Origin: Clostridia bacterium
GTDB lineage: Bacteria; Bacillota; Clostridia; Oscillospirales; CAG-272
Direction of reading: 5' to 3'
Assembly (NCBI GenBank): GCA_017463125.1
Contig: JAFTPV010000003.1
Span: 157,190 to 221,189, forward strand
Length of the DNA: 64,000 bases
How positions within the stretch are numbered: position 1 is the stretch's first letter; each line of letters opens with the position of its first letter. Position numbers and translations under genes: made by a program. Positions 36,315 to 46,167 of the stretch are shown one piece after another. The notes under the pieces are model-generated. The model saw only the letters and a program-made list of their open reading frames with translations. It was not told the origin of the DNA and did not search any database.

Positions 36315-37223
36315 TTATTCGTTTTGGTTATCGGATTTTTCGGTATCTGATTTGTCGGTGGCGGGACGGGGGAGCTTTCGCTTGCGGTGCCGCACAAATA
36401 TTATAGCAGGTGTAGCAAGTACCGCTATTGCGAGAAGCGTCATAAGAATATAGAGAGAATCGCCGAGAAGCCAAACGCCGAAGGAACGCAGACCGTTTCC
36501 TATATCGTGAAGACTATCCTTAAACACTGCGCCCACCTCGTCAAAGAAGCCTACCTCGTTTTCTCTTGCTTCACGCACCTCGCTGACGGTTACCCAGACC
36601 GTGCTGTACGCTATGCGGTTGTCGTACGATTCCTTTTGCGCTCTTAATGACGCAAGATCCGCCTGCACCTCGGTAAGCCGCTCGTCAATTACGAGAATTT
36701 CGGCAACGCTTTCCGCTGACTCAAGCATCTTCAGCAGAGATTTTTCACTCGATTCAAGCACCTTTATTCTGCTATCGGTGTCGATGTAAGATGCGGTTAC
36801 GTCGACGAGGCTCTCGTCGTAGCGGGTTATAACGGCTATATCGTCAACCCTTTCGGTAAACGTATAGAGATTTCCGGCAGGGATTCTCACGGTGTACGAG
36901 GCTGTACGCAGACCTCCGTTACTGCTGATTCTCGCGCTGTCAACGCTTCCCTCAAGCTCCGTGATTTTATCCTTCATAGCGGTTACAAAATCGTCAAACG
37001 AGTCCGTATCAATATACTGATAAACGTTTTTGATTATTTTTCTGTCTGCGGTAATCGGCGTGGTATTTGTGCTACCTATATAACCTCCGTCAAGCTTATC
37101 CTGCCCTGCAGCACTCGAGCCGTTAGAGTAACCGTCATAGCCCGCGCCGGCGCAGGCAAAAAGGCCGATTGATACAAATATCACCAATGCGATTGTAGTT
37201 ATGGAAACGATGATTTTTTTCAT
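36315..37223 (-). CDS. DUF4349-type lipoprotein with C-terminal TM anchor
   Basis: Lipobox GLFAC. The central pattern ...ASYTVRIPAGNLYTFTERVDD...VDVTASYIDTDSRIKVLESSEKSLLKMLE...IDERLTEVQADLASLRAQ...STVWVTVSEV resembles DUF4349. There is a C-terminal TM. The ATG at 37223 is preferred. Confidence 0.6.
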   Translation of the reverse strand: MKKIIVSITTIALVIFVSIGLFACAGAGYDGYSNGSSAAGQDKLDGGYIGSTNTTPITADRKIIKNVYQYIDTDSFDDFVTAMKDKITELEGSVDSARISSNGGLRTASYTVRIPAGNLYTFTERVDDIAVITRYDESLVDVTASYIDTDSRIKVLESSEKSLLKMLESAESVAEILVIDERLTEVQADLASLRAQKESYDNRIAYSTVWVTVSEVREARENEVGFFDEVGAVFKDSLHDIGNGLRSFGVWLLGDSLYILMTLLAIAVLATPAIIFVRHRKRKLPRPATDKSDTEKSDNQNE

Positions 37224-37369
37224 ATTGTTTTCTCCTTTATTTTTCTTCATACATAATGACGGCAAAATTTCATAAAGGTTACGTTTTTTTACAAAATTTT
37301 CTTGTTCTGTTGATTTGGGAGAAAAAGTTTGATATAATTATTCTTGGAAAATTAGAAGGAGATAGAATA

Positions 37370-38272
37370 ATGTTAAAGTCATATATGAAAAAGACGCTTG
37401 CCTCACTTCTGACTATTACATTTGTACTAATATTTGCTGGCTGCAGTCCTGCGAAAAATGTTTCCCTTGATAACATTCCCGAGTATTCCGGAGAGGTATA
37501 CGTTGAAATCAACGGCGGAGTACCGTTTTTCTCCAAGGAAGAGATTACCAATGACGCATACGAGGAATACTCGCCGCTTGACGCTCTCGGCAGATGCGGG
37601 GTTGCGGTAGCGTGTCTTGGAACAGAGCTGATGCCGGCGGAGGAGCGTGACGATATTGGCTCCGTTACGCCGAGCGGCTGGGAATATAACGGCTCGTCAA
37701 ACAACAGAGAGTACGATTTCGGCTATCTTTACAACCGCTGTCATCTTATAGGATTTCAGCTTGCTGGCGAGAACGCAAACGAGAAAAATCTCATAACAGG
37801 AACAGCTTATATGAACGTGGACGGAATGCTCCCGTTTGAAAACTCGGTTGCCGATTACATAGAAAAAACGGATAATCACGTCATGTATAGAGTCACTCCG
37901 CTCTACGATGGCTACGACCTCGTAGCCAGAGGCGTTCTTATGGAAGCGTATTCCGTAGAGGACGGCGGCAATGGAATAGAATTTTGCGTTTATATCTACA
38001 ATGTACAACCCGGAATAGAAATCAATTATTTCAACGGCAGAAACAGGCAGATTGGAGATACCTCGACAAGCATTGACGGCACGGAGCCGACCCCGGATGC
38101 TCCTTCGGGTGATTCCGTAAATTATATTCTAAACACAAGCTCAAAGAAATTTCACCTTCCCGACGCCTCGTGTGTAAGCAAGATGAAAGAAGAAAACAAG
38201 CAGGAGTATTACGGCACAAGAGAGCAACTGATTTTAGACGGATATTCGTCCTGCGGCAATTGCAACCCATAG
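37370..38272 (+). CDS. Secreted/lipoprotein DNA/RNA non-specific endonuclease (EndA/NucA-like) with a C-terminal Cys motif
   Basis: Lipobox IFAGC. The nuclease core is NREYDFGYLYNRCHLIGFQLAGENANEKNLITGTAYMN. The C-terminal KFHLPDASCVSKM...GYSSCGNCNP is a metal-binding-like tail. The ATG at 37370 follows TATAAT (37333-37338). Confidence 0.75.
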   Translation: MLKSYMKKTLASLLTITFVLIFAGCSPAKNVSLDNIPEYSGEVYVEINGGVPFFSKEEITNDAYEEYSPLDALGRCGVAVACLGTELMPAEERDDIGSVTPSGWEYNGSSNNREYDFGYLYNRCHLIGFQLAGENANEKNLITGTAYMNVDGMLPFENSVADYIEKTDNHVMYRVTPLYDGYDLVARGVLMEAYSVEDGGNGIEFCVYIYNVQPGIEINYFNGRNRQIGDTSTSIDGTEPTPDAPSGDSVNYILNTSSKKFHLPDASCVSKMKEENKQEYYGTREQLILDGYSSCGNCNP

Positions 38273-38376
38273 TATTTTGTAAAGTGCGATTGTCATTTTT
38301 CTCCTTTTAGAGCAAAAAAACGCTCTTTAATCATTCGTCAACGGTAAAAAACAGAAGATAATTTAGGATAGCAAAA

Positions 38377-39372
38377 ATGAAAAATAAAACGAATGTCAAG
38401 ACAAGTCAGCTTCTCGCTACATTTGAGAGAAACTACAAAATAACGAGAATGTACGCGGAGTATCTCGAGAGATATCCCGAGGTAATAACCACAGAAATGA
38501 TAGACACTTTGACCGAGGACGGCGAGATAACGAGAGAGGAGGCTCTGGTTGCCCTGCTCTGTGAGATATTCGGGCTTGATTTTAACAATGGGCTCGAGGA
38601 TAGGATACTGATAAAGGATTATCTGACACCGTCTGTGAGGCTTCTCGACCGCAAGAAATACGAAAGCGACCCGTATTACAAGAACGTAAGGCTTGAGAAT
38701 ATCAAGGACGGTAATTGGGAAATACGCTGGGAAAAATATTCGCCCTATCAGGCAGTCATCGCGGGCGATATGATAATAAAGGAGGATTTTTCGGAAATTC
38801 CGCCTCTCGGCTTTTTCACCGAGGAGTTCCGTTTCCCCGCTGTACTGGAGGACGGCAACGAATGGATGACGCTGACACCCGTTGACCTTGACACCTCAAA
38901 GGAAGCAATAGATGCGGCGCACGGCAAGGTTGTAACCTTCGGACTCGGACTCGGATACTACGCTTATATGGTATCGGAGAAGAGTGACGTTGATTCCATA
39001 ACCGTCATCGAGAAGAGTCCCGACGTTATACGCCTTTTCAAAAATCATATTTTGCCAAAATTCCCGAATAAGCAAAAGGTACGCATCATCGAAGCGGACG
39101 CCTTTGAATATGCCGAAAGGACGATGCCCGGTGAAAAATACGATGTTGCCTTCGTTGACACGTGGCGCGACGCGTCGGACGGCGCACCGATGTACGAAAG
39201 AATGAAGAGATTGGAGCATCTGTCACCTGACACAAAATTTCTCTACTGGATAGAGAATTTTCTCATTTCCCGTCACCGCGCTCTGCGGCTTGAGGAAATC
39301 TATAGTGAAATTGACGGCGGGGCGGATTTGAGCTTCGAGAAAATCATAAAAATACTTGAAAATCCATTGTAA
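38377..39372 (+). CDS. Spermidine-synthase-like / class I SAM-dependent methyltransferase-fold protein
   Basis: VVTFGLGLGYYAYMV...ITVIEKSPDVIRLFKNHILPKF...VRIIEADAFEY...YDVAFVDTW resembles the PABS/MTase fold. The N-terminal 170 aa are of unknown function. Confidence 0.4.
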   Translation: MKNKTNVKTSQLLATFERNYKITRMYAEYLERYPEVITTEMIDTLTEDGEITREEALVALLCEIFGLDFNNGLEDRILIKDYLTPSVRLLDRKKYESDPYYKNVRLENIKDGNWEIRWEKYSPYQAVIAGDMIIKEDFSEIPPLGFFTEEFRFPAVLEDGNEWMTLTPVDLDTSKEAIDAAHGKVVTFGLGLGYYAYMVSEKSDVDSITVIEKSPDVIRLFKNHILPKFPNKQKVRIIEADAFEYAERTMPGEKYDVAFVDTWRDASDGAPMYERMKRLEHLSPDTKFLYWIENFLISRHRALRLEEIYSEIDGGADLSFEKIIKILENPL

Positions 39373-39422
39373 CCTAACCGATTTTTATTCGTCTGTAGTA
39401 TATAAAGGAGGAGGAGTACGCT

Positions 39423-39974
39423 ATGCAGGACACCGATATTATCGCCCTATATTTTGAGCGAGATGAGCAGGCGATAGAAAAGACCGATGAAAAATACGGC
39501 GCTTATCTCAAAAAAATAGCCTTCAATATACTTTGCGACGTATTTTCCTCCGAGGAATGCTGTAACGACACTTACTTTAAGGTCTGGAATTCCATACCGC
39601 CGACAGTCCCCGTGTGCTTCAGAGCCTTTATCGCGAGAATAACGAGAAATCTAGCCCTTGATAAATACAAGGCACAGGGCGCAACGAAGCGAGGCACTGT
39701 CACGGAATCTTTAGACGAGCTGTCTGAGTGTGTCGGAGAGGACACTATATCACGGGAGCTAGACTCAAAGGACATCGGCGCGGCTATAAGCGACTTTCTA
39801 AAAAAGGAAAGTGAGTCGGCGCGCATAATATTCGTGAGAAGATATTTCTACTGCGAGTCGATAAAGGATATTGCTTTTCGTCTTGGTATGACTGAAGGAG
39901 CTATTAAAACATCCCTCTCTCGAACAAGGCAAAAGCTCTCAATACACCTTAAAGCAAGGACGGTGTTTATATGA
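39423..39974 (+). CDS. ECF-type RNA polymerase sigma-70 family factor
   Basis: Region 2 (YLKKIAFNILCDVFSSEECCNDTYFKVW...FIARITRNLALDKYK) and region 4 HTH (ESIKDIAFRLGMTEGAIKTSLSRTRQKL). Confidence 0.8.
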   Translation: MQDTDIIALYFERDEQAIEKTDEKYGAYLKKIAFNILCDVFSSEECCNDTYFKVWNSIPPTVPVCFRAFIARITRNLALDKYKAQGATKRGTVTESLDELSECVGEDTISRELDSKDIGAAISDFLKKESESARIIFVRRYFYCESIKDIAFRLGMTEGAIKTSLSRTRQKLSIHLKARTVFI

Positions 39975-40594
39975 ACGAAGATAATATAAACGGAGCCAAG
40001 ACGCTCCTCAAGGCGATGTCGTATATAGATGACGACATTATAGAAGAGGCTGCAGAGCCGTATAAAAGGCGCTCTTTTGGTATAAGGCAGGGGGCGGGGG
40101 TTGCGGCGTGCGTTGCTTTGATAGCTATCACAGCGGCGGTTCTTTACGCTACGCTTGGCAATAACCTTTATACCGGAAACAGTAATAGCGCCGACGGCTC
40201 GGCGGGAAACTCAAACGGACTTCTCGGCAACACCGATGATACCTATTATGTAAACGGCGCATCTCTTACCCCGATAGGCAAAAGCGGCAACCGCTATACC
40301 TTCACCCTTTCTATTACGGAAAAGCAGGAGAGGATAGACGTTTCCCTCTACGGCTCGGGAGTTGACGAATACGGAAACGATATATTCGTTATCTCCACAA
40401 CCGCCCCCTACGCTGAGCTTACCCATATCCCGATAGCTAGGCCGAAAATAACCGTTGACGGAAAGGCGGCTGACGAGATACCGACCGACGTAGGAGAATA
40501 CGAAATTACAGTAGATTTTTCAGACATCGATATGTCAAAATACCTGATGCGAAATTACTTTACCGTTTATCCCTTTGGGAATATTTTCAGATAA
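39971..40594 (+). CDS. Putative anti-sigma factor (single-pass membrane protein)
   Basis: ATGA overlap with the sigma gene. It has a cytoplasmic N-terminal ~45 aa, one TM (GVAACVALIAITAAVLYATL) and an extracytoplasmic C-domain. Confidence 0.45.
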   Translation: MNEDNINGAKTLLKAMSYIDDDIIEEAAEPYKRRSFGIRQGAGVAACVALIAITAAVLYATLGNNLYTGNSNSADGSAGNSNGLLGNTDDTYYVNGASLTPIGKSGNRYTFTLSITEKQERIDVSLYGSGVDEYGNDIFVISTTAPYAELTHIPIARPKITVDGKAADEIPTDVGEYEITVDFSDIDMSKYLMRNYFTVYPFGNIFR

Positions 40595-40599
40595 GAATA

Positions 40600-40640
40600 A
40601 AGATATGATTTTGGATTTTTTCCTTATCATATCTTTTTCT
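40600..40640. terminator. Bidirectional terminator between the anti-sigma gene and mscS
   Basis: 10-bp stem aagatatgat / atcatatctt followed by a T-run. Confidence 0.6.
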
Positions 40641-40645
40641 TTTAA

Positions 40646-41467
40646 CTATTTCTCTTTTACGTGTACGTCAAGCTGATTATAAGGAATCTCGATGCCGTTT
40701 TTATCAAACGAGGTTTTTACACTCTCAAGAACGTCGAAGTTTACCGTCCAATAATCACCGTTTTTAACCCATACTCTTGCGGTTACGGTTAAGCCCTTAT
40801 CAGCGTGGGAGGAAACTCTGACGAAGGGCTCGGGGTCGTTAAGGGCGAGAGGGTGGCTTGTGATTATGTCCAGAATGAGTGACTTTACCTTCTCAAAATC
40901 GCTGTCATAGCTGATAGAAAAGCTGAAGTCAACGCGTCGGAGCTCCTTTTCTGAATAGTTGACGATAGTGTCTGCTGACAGAGCACCGTTTGGGATATAG
41001 ATAACCTTGTTGTCAGGGGTACGCAGGCGCGTCATCGTGATGTGGATATCCTCAACCGTACCGCTGTGCCCCTGCGCCTCTATATAGTCGTCTATCTTGA
41101 AGGGGCGCGTTATCAAAAGAAGCGCGCCGCCCGCGAGGTTTGAGAGCGCACCGTTTACGGCAAGTCCAACGCCGACGCCGAGAGAGGTGACCAAAGCGGC
41201 AAGGCCGCTGGTATCAACTCCAAGATAACCGACAAGACATATAACCACGACCGATTTCAGCGTTATTCTGATGAAATAGAAAAGAGTGGTCGTGAGTGTT
41301 TTATCAAGCTTGTGCTTACCGTCTATCAGCTTTTTCTCAAAGCGGCGCGAGATAACCGTTATAACACGAAATGAGATGACGAGTAAGGCTATTGCTATCA
41401 GTATTTTAACACCCGTATCGAACACCCACGAGATGAGCGAATCCTGTATTTCCCTAAAGGTTGGCAT
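40646..41467 (-). CDS. mscS: Small-conductance mechanosensitive channel (MscS family)
   Basis: 273 aa with three N-terminal TM segments and LSNLAGGALLLITRPFKIDDYIE...GTVEDIHITMTRLRTPDNKVIYIPNG. Confidence 0.88.
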   Translation of the reverse strand: MPTFREIQDSLISWVFDTGVKILIAIALLVISFRVITVISRRFEKKLIDGKHKLDKTLTTTLFYFIRITLKSVVVICLVGYLGVDTSGLAALVTSLGVGVGLAVNGALSNLAGGALLLITRPFKIDDYIEAQGHSGTVEDIHITMTRLRTPDNKVIYIPNGALSADTIVNYSEKELRRVDFSFSISYDSDFEKVKSLILDIITSHPLALNDPEPFVRVSSHADKGLTVTARVWVKNGDYWTVNFDVLESVKTSFDKNGIEIPYNQLDVHVKEK

Positions 41468-41546
41468 TTTGTGTCTCCTTTTTCAATTATTATGTCCGAA
41501 AGTGACATGCCCTAGTCGCAAAAAGTCTATATTTTCCCGAAAACTA

Positions 41547-41575
41547 TTGACTTAAAAATTCATTTATTATATAAT
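41547..41575 (+). promoter_or_regulatory. Sigma-A promoter of the esterase gene, with a 13-bp direct repeat
   Basis: TTGACT, 17 nt, TATAAT. The sequence attgacttaaaaa occurs twice, at 41546-41558 and 41574-41586. Confidence 0.55.
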
Positions 41576-41616
41576 TGACTTAAAAAGAAAATCTTTCCAA
41601 GCACGAGGAAAACGTT

Positions 41617-43293
41617 ATGAGCACAAATGCGCAAAAGGCCTACGACGCCTACAAAAGAACGGCTAAAATGAACTTCGTTCAGGTGACTACCGCGAAGCTG
41701 AACGTTATCTATAATATCGAGCGCAGAATGGAGCGCGACCCGGAATATAAAAGAGAGCTTGACGCCTTCGTTACCGAGGAGGGTGAAACCATCGGCGCTC
41801 TTATAAAGAAATATTTCACGGGTTACAACGCCCGTCACGGTCTTGAGATAAGAGAAACGCTTACTGAATTTCTCGACCCTGACTTTGCCGAGGGCGGATA
41901 TTTCGTCATTGACACTTATAAAAAAGAGAGTGAAGCGCTTATCCCCTGTGATCCTACGGAGTTTCACGTCGGTGACACCGCACATGCGGTGCTGAGACTC
42001 TTCAGCCATTCGGCACACGCACCTATAAAGGCTGAAAAAATCAAGTACGTAATTATGACCGACGACGGAGAAAACACAGAGGGTACGGCAGAAAACACCG
42101 ACACTCTCGAGCTTGATTTTACACTCTCCCGTCCGGGCTGGGTGTATTTCAGAGCAAATTCCGTTGACGAGAGCGGAAAGAACGTTCTCGGCTTTGACAC
42201 GGCATTTGGCGGCGCGCTCTTTGACTGGAAGAAGGTCACTCTTACAAAAGAATCGCCCGCTGACCTATACGAGTTCTGGGATAAGGCGATTGACAGGCTT
42301 ATGACGGTTGACCCGACAGACACGACACCCGACGGCTACGAGGGGCTTGTAAAATACGAGTACGATATGCCGAAGGAAAATCACTTTGAGCTTATAAAAT
42401 TTGATGAAGATTACGTAAAGATGCTCCGCAATTACGGCATCGGAAATATCACCGAGCAAATGCTCGAGAAATTTGACTTTTACGAGCTTAATCTCAAGGC
42501 ACCGGGTCCCTGCCACTCTGCAAACTATCTTTCCATTCCCAAAGGGGCTGACCCGAAGAGCCTGCCTATTCAAGTAAGCTTTGACGGATACAGCGCCTAT
42601 CCCCCCTCACCTGCATACAGTACAAATTACATCTGCCTGCATTGCTCACATCACGGATACAAGCTCCCAAGACCACTTGAGGGCTACTATATGAAGCTAC
42701 GCAAGGGCGTTTGTATGCATTACGGTCTTGGCGACGGCGCTGTAAACTCGCTCTACGAGGACTTAAACGACAATTATATGATATATCTGCACCTTCGCAA
42801 CCTTCAGGCAATAAGGTTTGTTACCGACCCTGCACTTTCATCTATGATAGAGGGGCTGCACGAGAAGTGGTGCGGCGACGTAAGGCTCGTCGGCGGCAGT
42901 ATGGGCGGCTATCAGTCGCTCTGCACGGCGGCGCTCTCTACCATTCTTGTCAAAAAGAGCGCGCCTTATAACCTAAAGAGCACCTCTGCAAACGTTCCCG
43001 CCTTCTGCAACCTTGCGGGCAGAACCGACAAACGCGTTCCCTGCATGACCTTCTATACTGAGGGCATGGAGTATTTTGATGCGGCGCACCTTGCCGGATT
43101 TATCGACGTTGCCGTAACTATACCGAAAGCGGGACTCGGTGACAAGACCTGCTCGCCTAACGGTATTGTGGCAATGTTCAACAACATCCCAGCAGGCGTT
43201 CATAAGGAGATCAATTTCCTCCAGAACGCCGATCACGGCGTAGTTCCCGAACCCGAGCTTCAAATGTGGTACAGATACTCCGAAAACGACTAA
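41617..43293 (+). CDS. CE7-like acetyl-esterase (acetylxylan esterase / cephalosporin-C deacetylase family) with an N-terminal extension
   Basis: Nucleophile elbow GGSMGGYQS, later GDKTCSPNG and NADHG in the expected order for Ser-Asp-His, and an EFWDKAI motif. The first ~200 aa are extra. Confidence 0.5.
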   Translation: MSTNAQKAYDAYKRTAKMNFVQVTTAKLNVIYNIERRMERDPEYKRELDAFVTEEGETIGALIKKYFTGYNARHGLEIRETLTEFLDPDFAEGGYFVIDTYKKESEALIPCDPTEFHVGDTAHAVLRLFSHSAHAPIKAEKIKYVIMTDDGENTEGTAENTDTLELDFTLSRPGWVYFRANSVDESGKNVLGFDTAFGGALFDWKKVTLTKESPADLYEFWDKAIDRLMTVDPTDTTPDGYEGLVKYEYDMPKENHFELIKFDEDYVKMLRNYGIGNITEQMLEKFDFYELNLKAPGPCHSANYLSIPKGADPKSLPIQVSFDGYSAYPPSPAYSTNYICLHCSHHGYKLPRPLEGYYMKLRKGVCMHYGLGDGAVNSLYEDLNDNYMIYLHLRNLQAIRFVTDPALSSMIEGLHEKWCGDVRLVGGSMGGYQSLCTAALSTILVKKSAPYNLKSTSANVPAFCNLAGRTDKRVPCMTFYTEGMEYFDAAHLAGFIDVAVTIPKAGLGDKTCSPNGIVAMFNNIPAGVHKEINFLQNADHGVVPEPELQMWYRYSEND

Positions 43294-43317
43294 AAAGTAA
43301 AGAAAGGTATACATTTT

Positions 43318-44601
43318 ATGCTTTCAGAACTTAAAATGCGTACATACGAAGCAATTCTCAAGGAAGAACTTGTTTTGGCTATGGGCTGCACGGAGCCTAT
43401 CGCTATCGCCTATGCGGCGGCAATACTTTGTGATGCTTTGGTAGAGGAGGTAGAGTTTATTTCTGCCGGCCTTTCCGGAAATATTATAAAAAACGTAAAG
43501 AGTGTCATAGTTCCCGCAACGGGAGGGCGTCACGGTATTAAAACAGCCATTGCCGCAGGCGTGGTGTCAAAAAGGCCGGAGCTAAAGCTCGAGGTACTCA
43601 GCGTTCTCGGCAAAGACGCCGAGGAAAAGATAGATAAATTTCTTCATAGCACCGAAATCACCGTTGAAGAAATAAACACATCTTGCACCTTTGAGCTTTT
43701 GCTCAAGGGCAGCTCAAAGAGCCACAGTGCCGAGGTCAATATATCCGGCACTCACACAAACGTTGCAAGAGTTTTGCTTGACGGTGTAGATATTACGAGC
43801 AAATATTCTGCAGGTGAGCAGGACTCCATAGACGTGTGCAAGGCTGACAGGAGTCTTCTTACGGTTGAGGATATTATAGAGTTCGCGGACACCGCGCCTA
43901 TTGACGAGCTCACACCTCTCTTGAATAGACAGATAGAGCTTAATATGGCTATTGCCGAAGAGGGACTGACGGGCAAGTGGGGTGCCTCGATAGGCAAGCT
44001 CTTACTTTCGGGGAACGTAGACACCGCGAGGCGCGCAAGGGCATACGCGGCAGCAGGCTCCGACGCGAGAATGAGCGGCTGTGAGCTGCCCGTTTCGATT
44101 ATTTCGGGGAGCGGTAACCAAGGAATTACAGCGTCCGTCCCCGTCGTTATATACGCCCGCGACCTTTGTAAGAGTGACGAAGAGCTATATCGCGCTCTTA
44201 TAGTATCAAATCTGGTTACAATACATCAAAAGACAGGTATCGGAACCCTCTCCGCCTACTGCGGCGCTATCAGCGCAGGCGTTGGTGCAGGTGCGGGAAT
44301 ATGCTATCTTTCGGGCGGTGACTTCTACCTCGTTGCCCACACGATAGTGAATGCGGTTGCTATTCTCTCCGGAACTATATGCGACGGCGCAAAGCCCTCC
44401 TGTGCCGCAAAGATCGCTATGGCGGTTGAAGCGGGTATTATGGGATTTGAAATGGCTAAAGTAGGCTCCCAGTTCTACGGTGGTGACGGCATCGTTACCA
44501 AGGGTGTTGAGAACACGATACGCAACGTCGGAAGGCTTGCAAAGGACGGTATGGGTGAAACCGATAAAGAAATCATCCGAATAATGCTTGGCAAAAGCTG
44601 A
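43318..44601 (+). CDS. UPF0597 / L-cysteine desulfidase family protein
   Basis: AMGCTEPIAIAYAAA, SGSGNQGITASVP and ICDGAKPSCAAK motifs; 427 aa. Confidence 0.8.
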   Translation: MLSELKMRTYEAILKEELVLAMGCTEPIAIAYAAAILCDALVEEVEFISAGLSGNIIKNVKSVIVPATGGRHGIKTAIAAGVVSKRPELKLEVLSVLGKDAEEKIDKFLHSTEITVEEINTSCTFELLLKGSSKSHSAEVNISGTHTNVARVLLDGVDITSKYSAGEQDSIDVCKADRSLLTVEDIIEFADTAPIDELTPLLNRQIELNMAIAEEGLTGKWGASIGKLLLSGNVDTARRARAYAAAGSDARMSGCELPVSIISGSGNQGITASVPVVIYARDLCKSDEELYRALIVSNLVTIHQKTGIGTLSAYCGAISAGVGAGAGICYLSGGDFYLVAHTIVNAVAILSGTICDGAKPSCAAKIAMAVEAGIMGFEMAKVGSQFYGGDGIVTKGVENTIRNVGRLAKDGMGETDKEIIRIMLGKS

Positions 44602-44611
44602 TTTACATAAG

Positions 44612-44639
44612 AAAAAGCGGGTTTATCACCCGCTTTTTC
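44612..44639. terminator. Bidirectional terminator shared with mgtE
   Basis: aaaaagcgggt-ttatc-acccgcttttt. Confidence 0.75.
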
Positions 44640-44648
44640 TTTGTTTTG

Positions 44649-46046
44649 TTATATATTCATAATATTCGATGCACAAACAAGATAGATTATCAGGGATATT
44701 GCGTCAACCAGCGTCGTTATAAGTGGCGACGCCATTACCGCAGGGTCGAGGCCGATTTTTTTAGCGACCAAGGGGAGAGCTGCGCCGATAATCTTCGCTA
44801 CTATTATCGTAAAGGAGAGCGACAGTGCAACCACAAAAGATACAGTTGGGTCAATTGCCGCATTGCCAAGGAGCATACCGTCTATCAACTGAACCTTTGC
44901 GAAGGTGACAACACCAAGAGCAACAGCGCACAAAATTCCGACACGAAGCTCCTTCCAGAGCACCCGCAGTATATCCGAAAACTCAAGCTCGGAGAGAGAT
45001 ATGCTTCTCGTCACCGTGACTGACGACTGACCTCCCGAGTTACCCCCCGTACCCATTATCATAGGAACAAATAGCACGAGAACCGCAGGAAGCACTGCCT
45101 CAAAGCCTGCAAGAATTGCGCTGGATACCGTTGATGACACCATAAGTAGAAGCAGCCAAGGCACCCTCGCCTTAAATATAGACATAACGCCCGTTTTCAG
45201 ATATGGCTCGTCAGTGGGAGTGATAGCCGCCATTTTTGCAAAGTCCTCCTCGGACTCTTCCTTGATGACCTCGATAGCGTCGTCAACGGTGATTATACCG
45301 ACAAGCCTGTTCTCGTTATCCACGACGGGCATAGCAAGGAAGCCGTATCTCTCGAGCAGAAGGGCTACCTCCTCCTTATCATCGTGGGTATTCACCGAAA
45401 TGACTGCCTCGTCCATTATGTCCGAAATCGTAGTTTCGGGGTCGGAGAGCAGGAGCTGTCTTGCCGTAACTATACCGCAAAGATGCCTATTTTTATCAGT
45501 TACGTAACAGGTGTATATAGTTTCCTTATCTATTGCAACCCGTCTAATATGAGCAAGCGCCTCTCCCACCGTCATCGCTGCGGTAAATCGGACGTACTCG
45601 GTGGTCATAACCGTATCCGCAGAGTCCTTCGGGTAATGAAGGATAGTGTTTATCATCGCCCTATCCTCCTTTGTCGTATAGCGGAGAATCCTCTTTACGA
45701 TAGTGGCGGGCATTTCCTCAATTATGTCAACAGTATCGTCGATATAAAGCTCGGAAAGAATTTCAGAAAGCTGCACGTCCGTGAACGACTCAATAAGCCT
45801 GCGTTGCTCGTCGGTATCCATCTCAACGAAGGTTTCCGCCGCAAGCTCCTTTGGAAGCAGGCGGAAAAATAACGTTTCAAGCTCAATAGGTATTTCGGCA
45901 TAGATCTCCGCAATGTCGGGTGCGGGAAGCTCTGTTGCGATTTTCTTTACTTCTGTGTAATTCTTTTCTTTAAGGAGGGCTGTGACTTTTTCGGCGGTTT
46001 CGCTGAAATCTTCTACAAGCTCCTCTATGGTGTATTCCTTTTCCAT
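44649..46046 (-). CDS. mgtE: Magnesium transporter MgtE
   Basis: N-domain, tandem CBS domains and a C-terminal TM domain with GTGGNSGGQSS; 465 aa. Confidence 0.93.
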   Translation of the reverse strand: MEKEYTIEELVEDFSETAEKVTALLKEKNYTEVKKIATELPAPDIAEIYAEIPIELETLFFRLLPKELAAETFVEMDTDEQRRLIESFTDVQLSEILSELYIDDTVDIIEEMPATIVKRILRYTTKEDRAMINTILHYPKDSADTVMTTEYVRFTAAMTVGEALAHIRRVAIDKETIYTCYVTDKNRHLCGIVTARQLLLSDPETTISDIMDEAVISVNTHDDKEEVALLLERYGFLAMPVVDNENRLVGIITVDDAIEVIKEESEEDFAKMAAITPTDEPYLKTGVMSIFKARVPWLLLLMVSSTVSSAILAGFEAVLPAVLVLFVPMIMGTGGNSGGQSSVTVTRSISLSELEFSDILRVLWKELRVGILCAVALGVVTFAKVQLIDGMLLGNAAIDPTVSFVVALSLSFTIIVAKIIGAALPLVAKKIGLDPAVMASPLITTLVDAISLIIYLVCASNIMNI

Positions 46047-46167
46047 TTTTTCGCCTTTCCTTTCGGCAAGGCGAGGGCATTTATGCTCTTAGCCAAGCCG
46101 AAATATGTATTTTTGTTAAGTTTTGTTTACAACTTCGACTGTCGTCAAGCATTTTACTTACCCTTTC

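Noticed and set aside
36137-36453. Small ORFs (86, 79 and 61 aa) in the region between the DUF4349 gene and the glycan promoter.
   Set aside because: They overlap the DUF4349 3' end, its terminator hairpin and the operon promoter. They have no RBS and low-complexity composition.
46047-46167. A possible M-box (Mg2+) riboswitch upstream of mgtE, which is the usual Firmicute arrangement.
   Set aside because: The spacer is only ~120 nt and I could not find the conserved M-box core segments. Only a short hairpin (cgcctt/aaggcg) near the RBS is present. An Infernal scan could overturn this.
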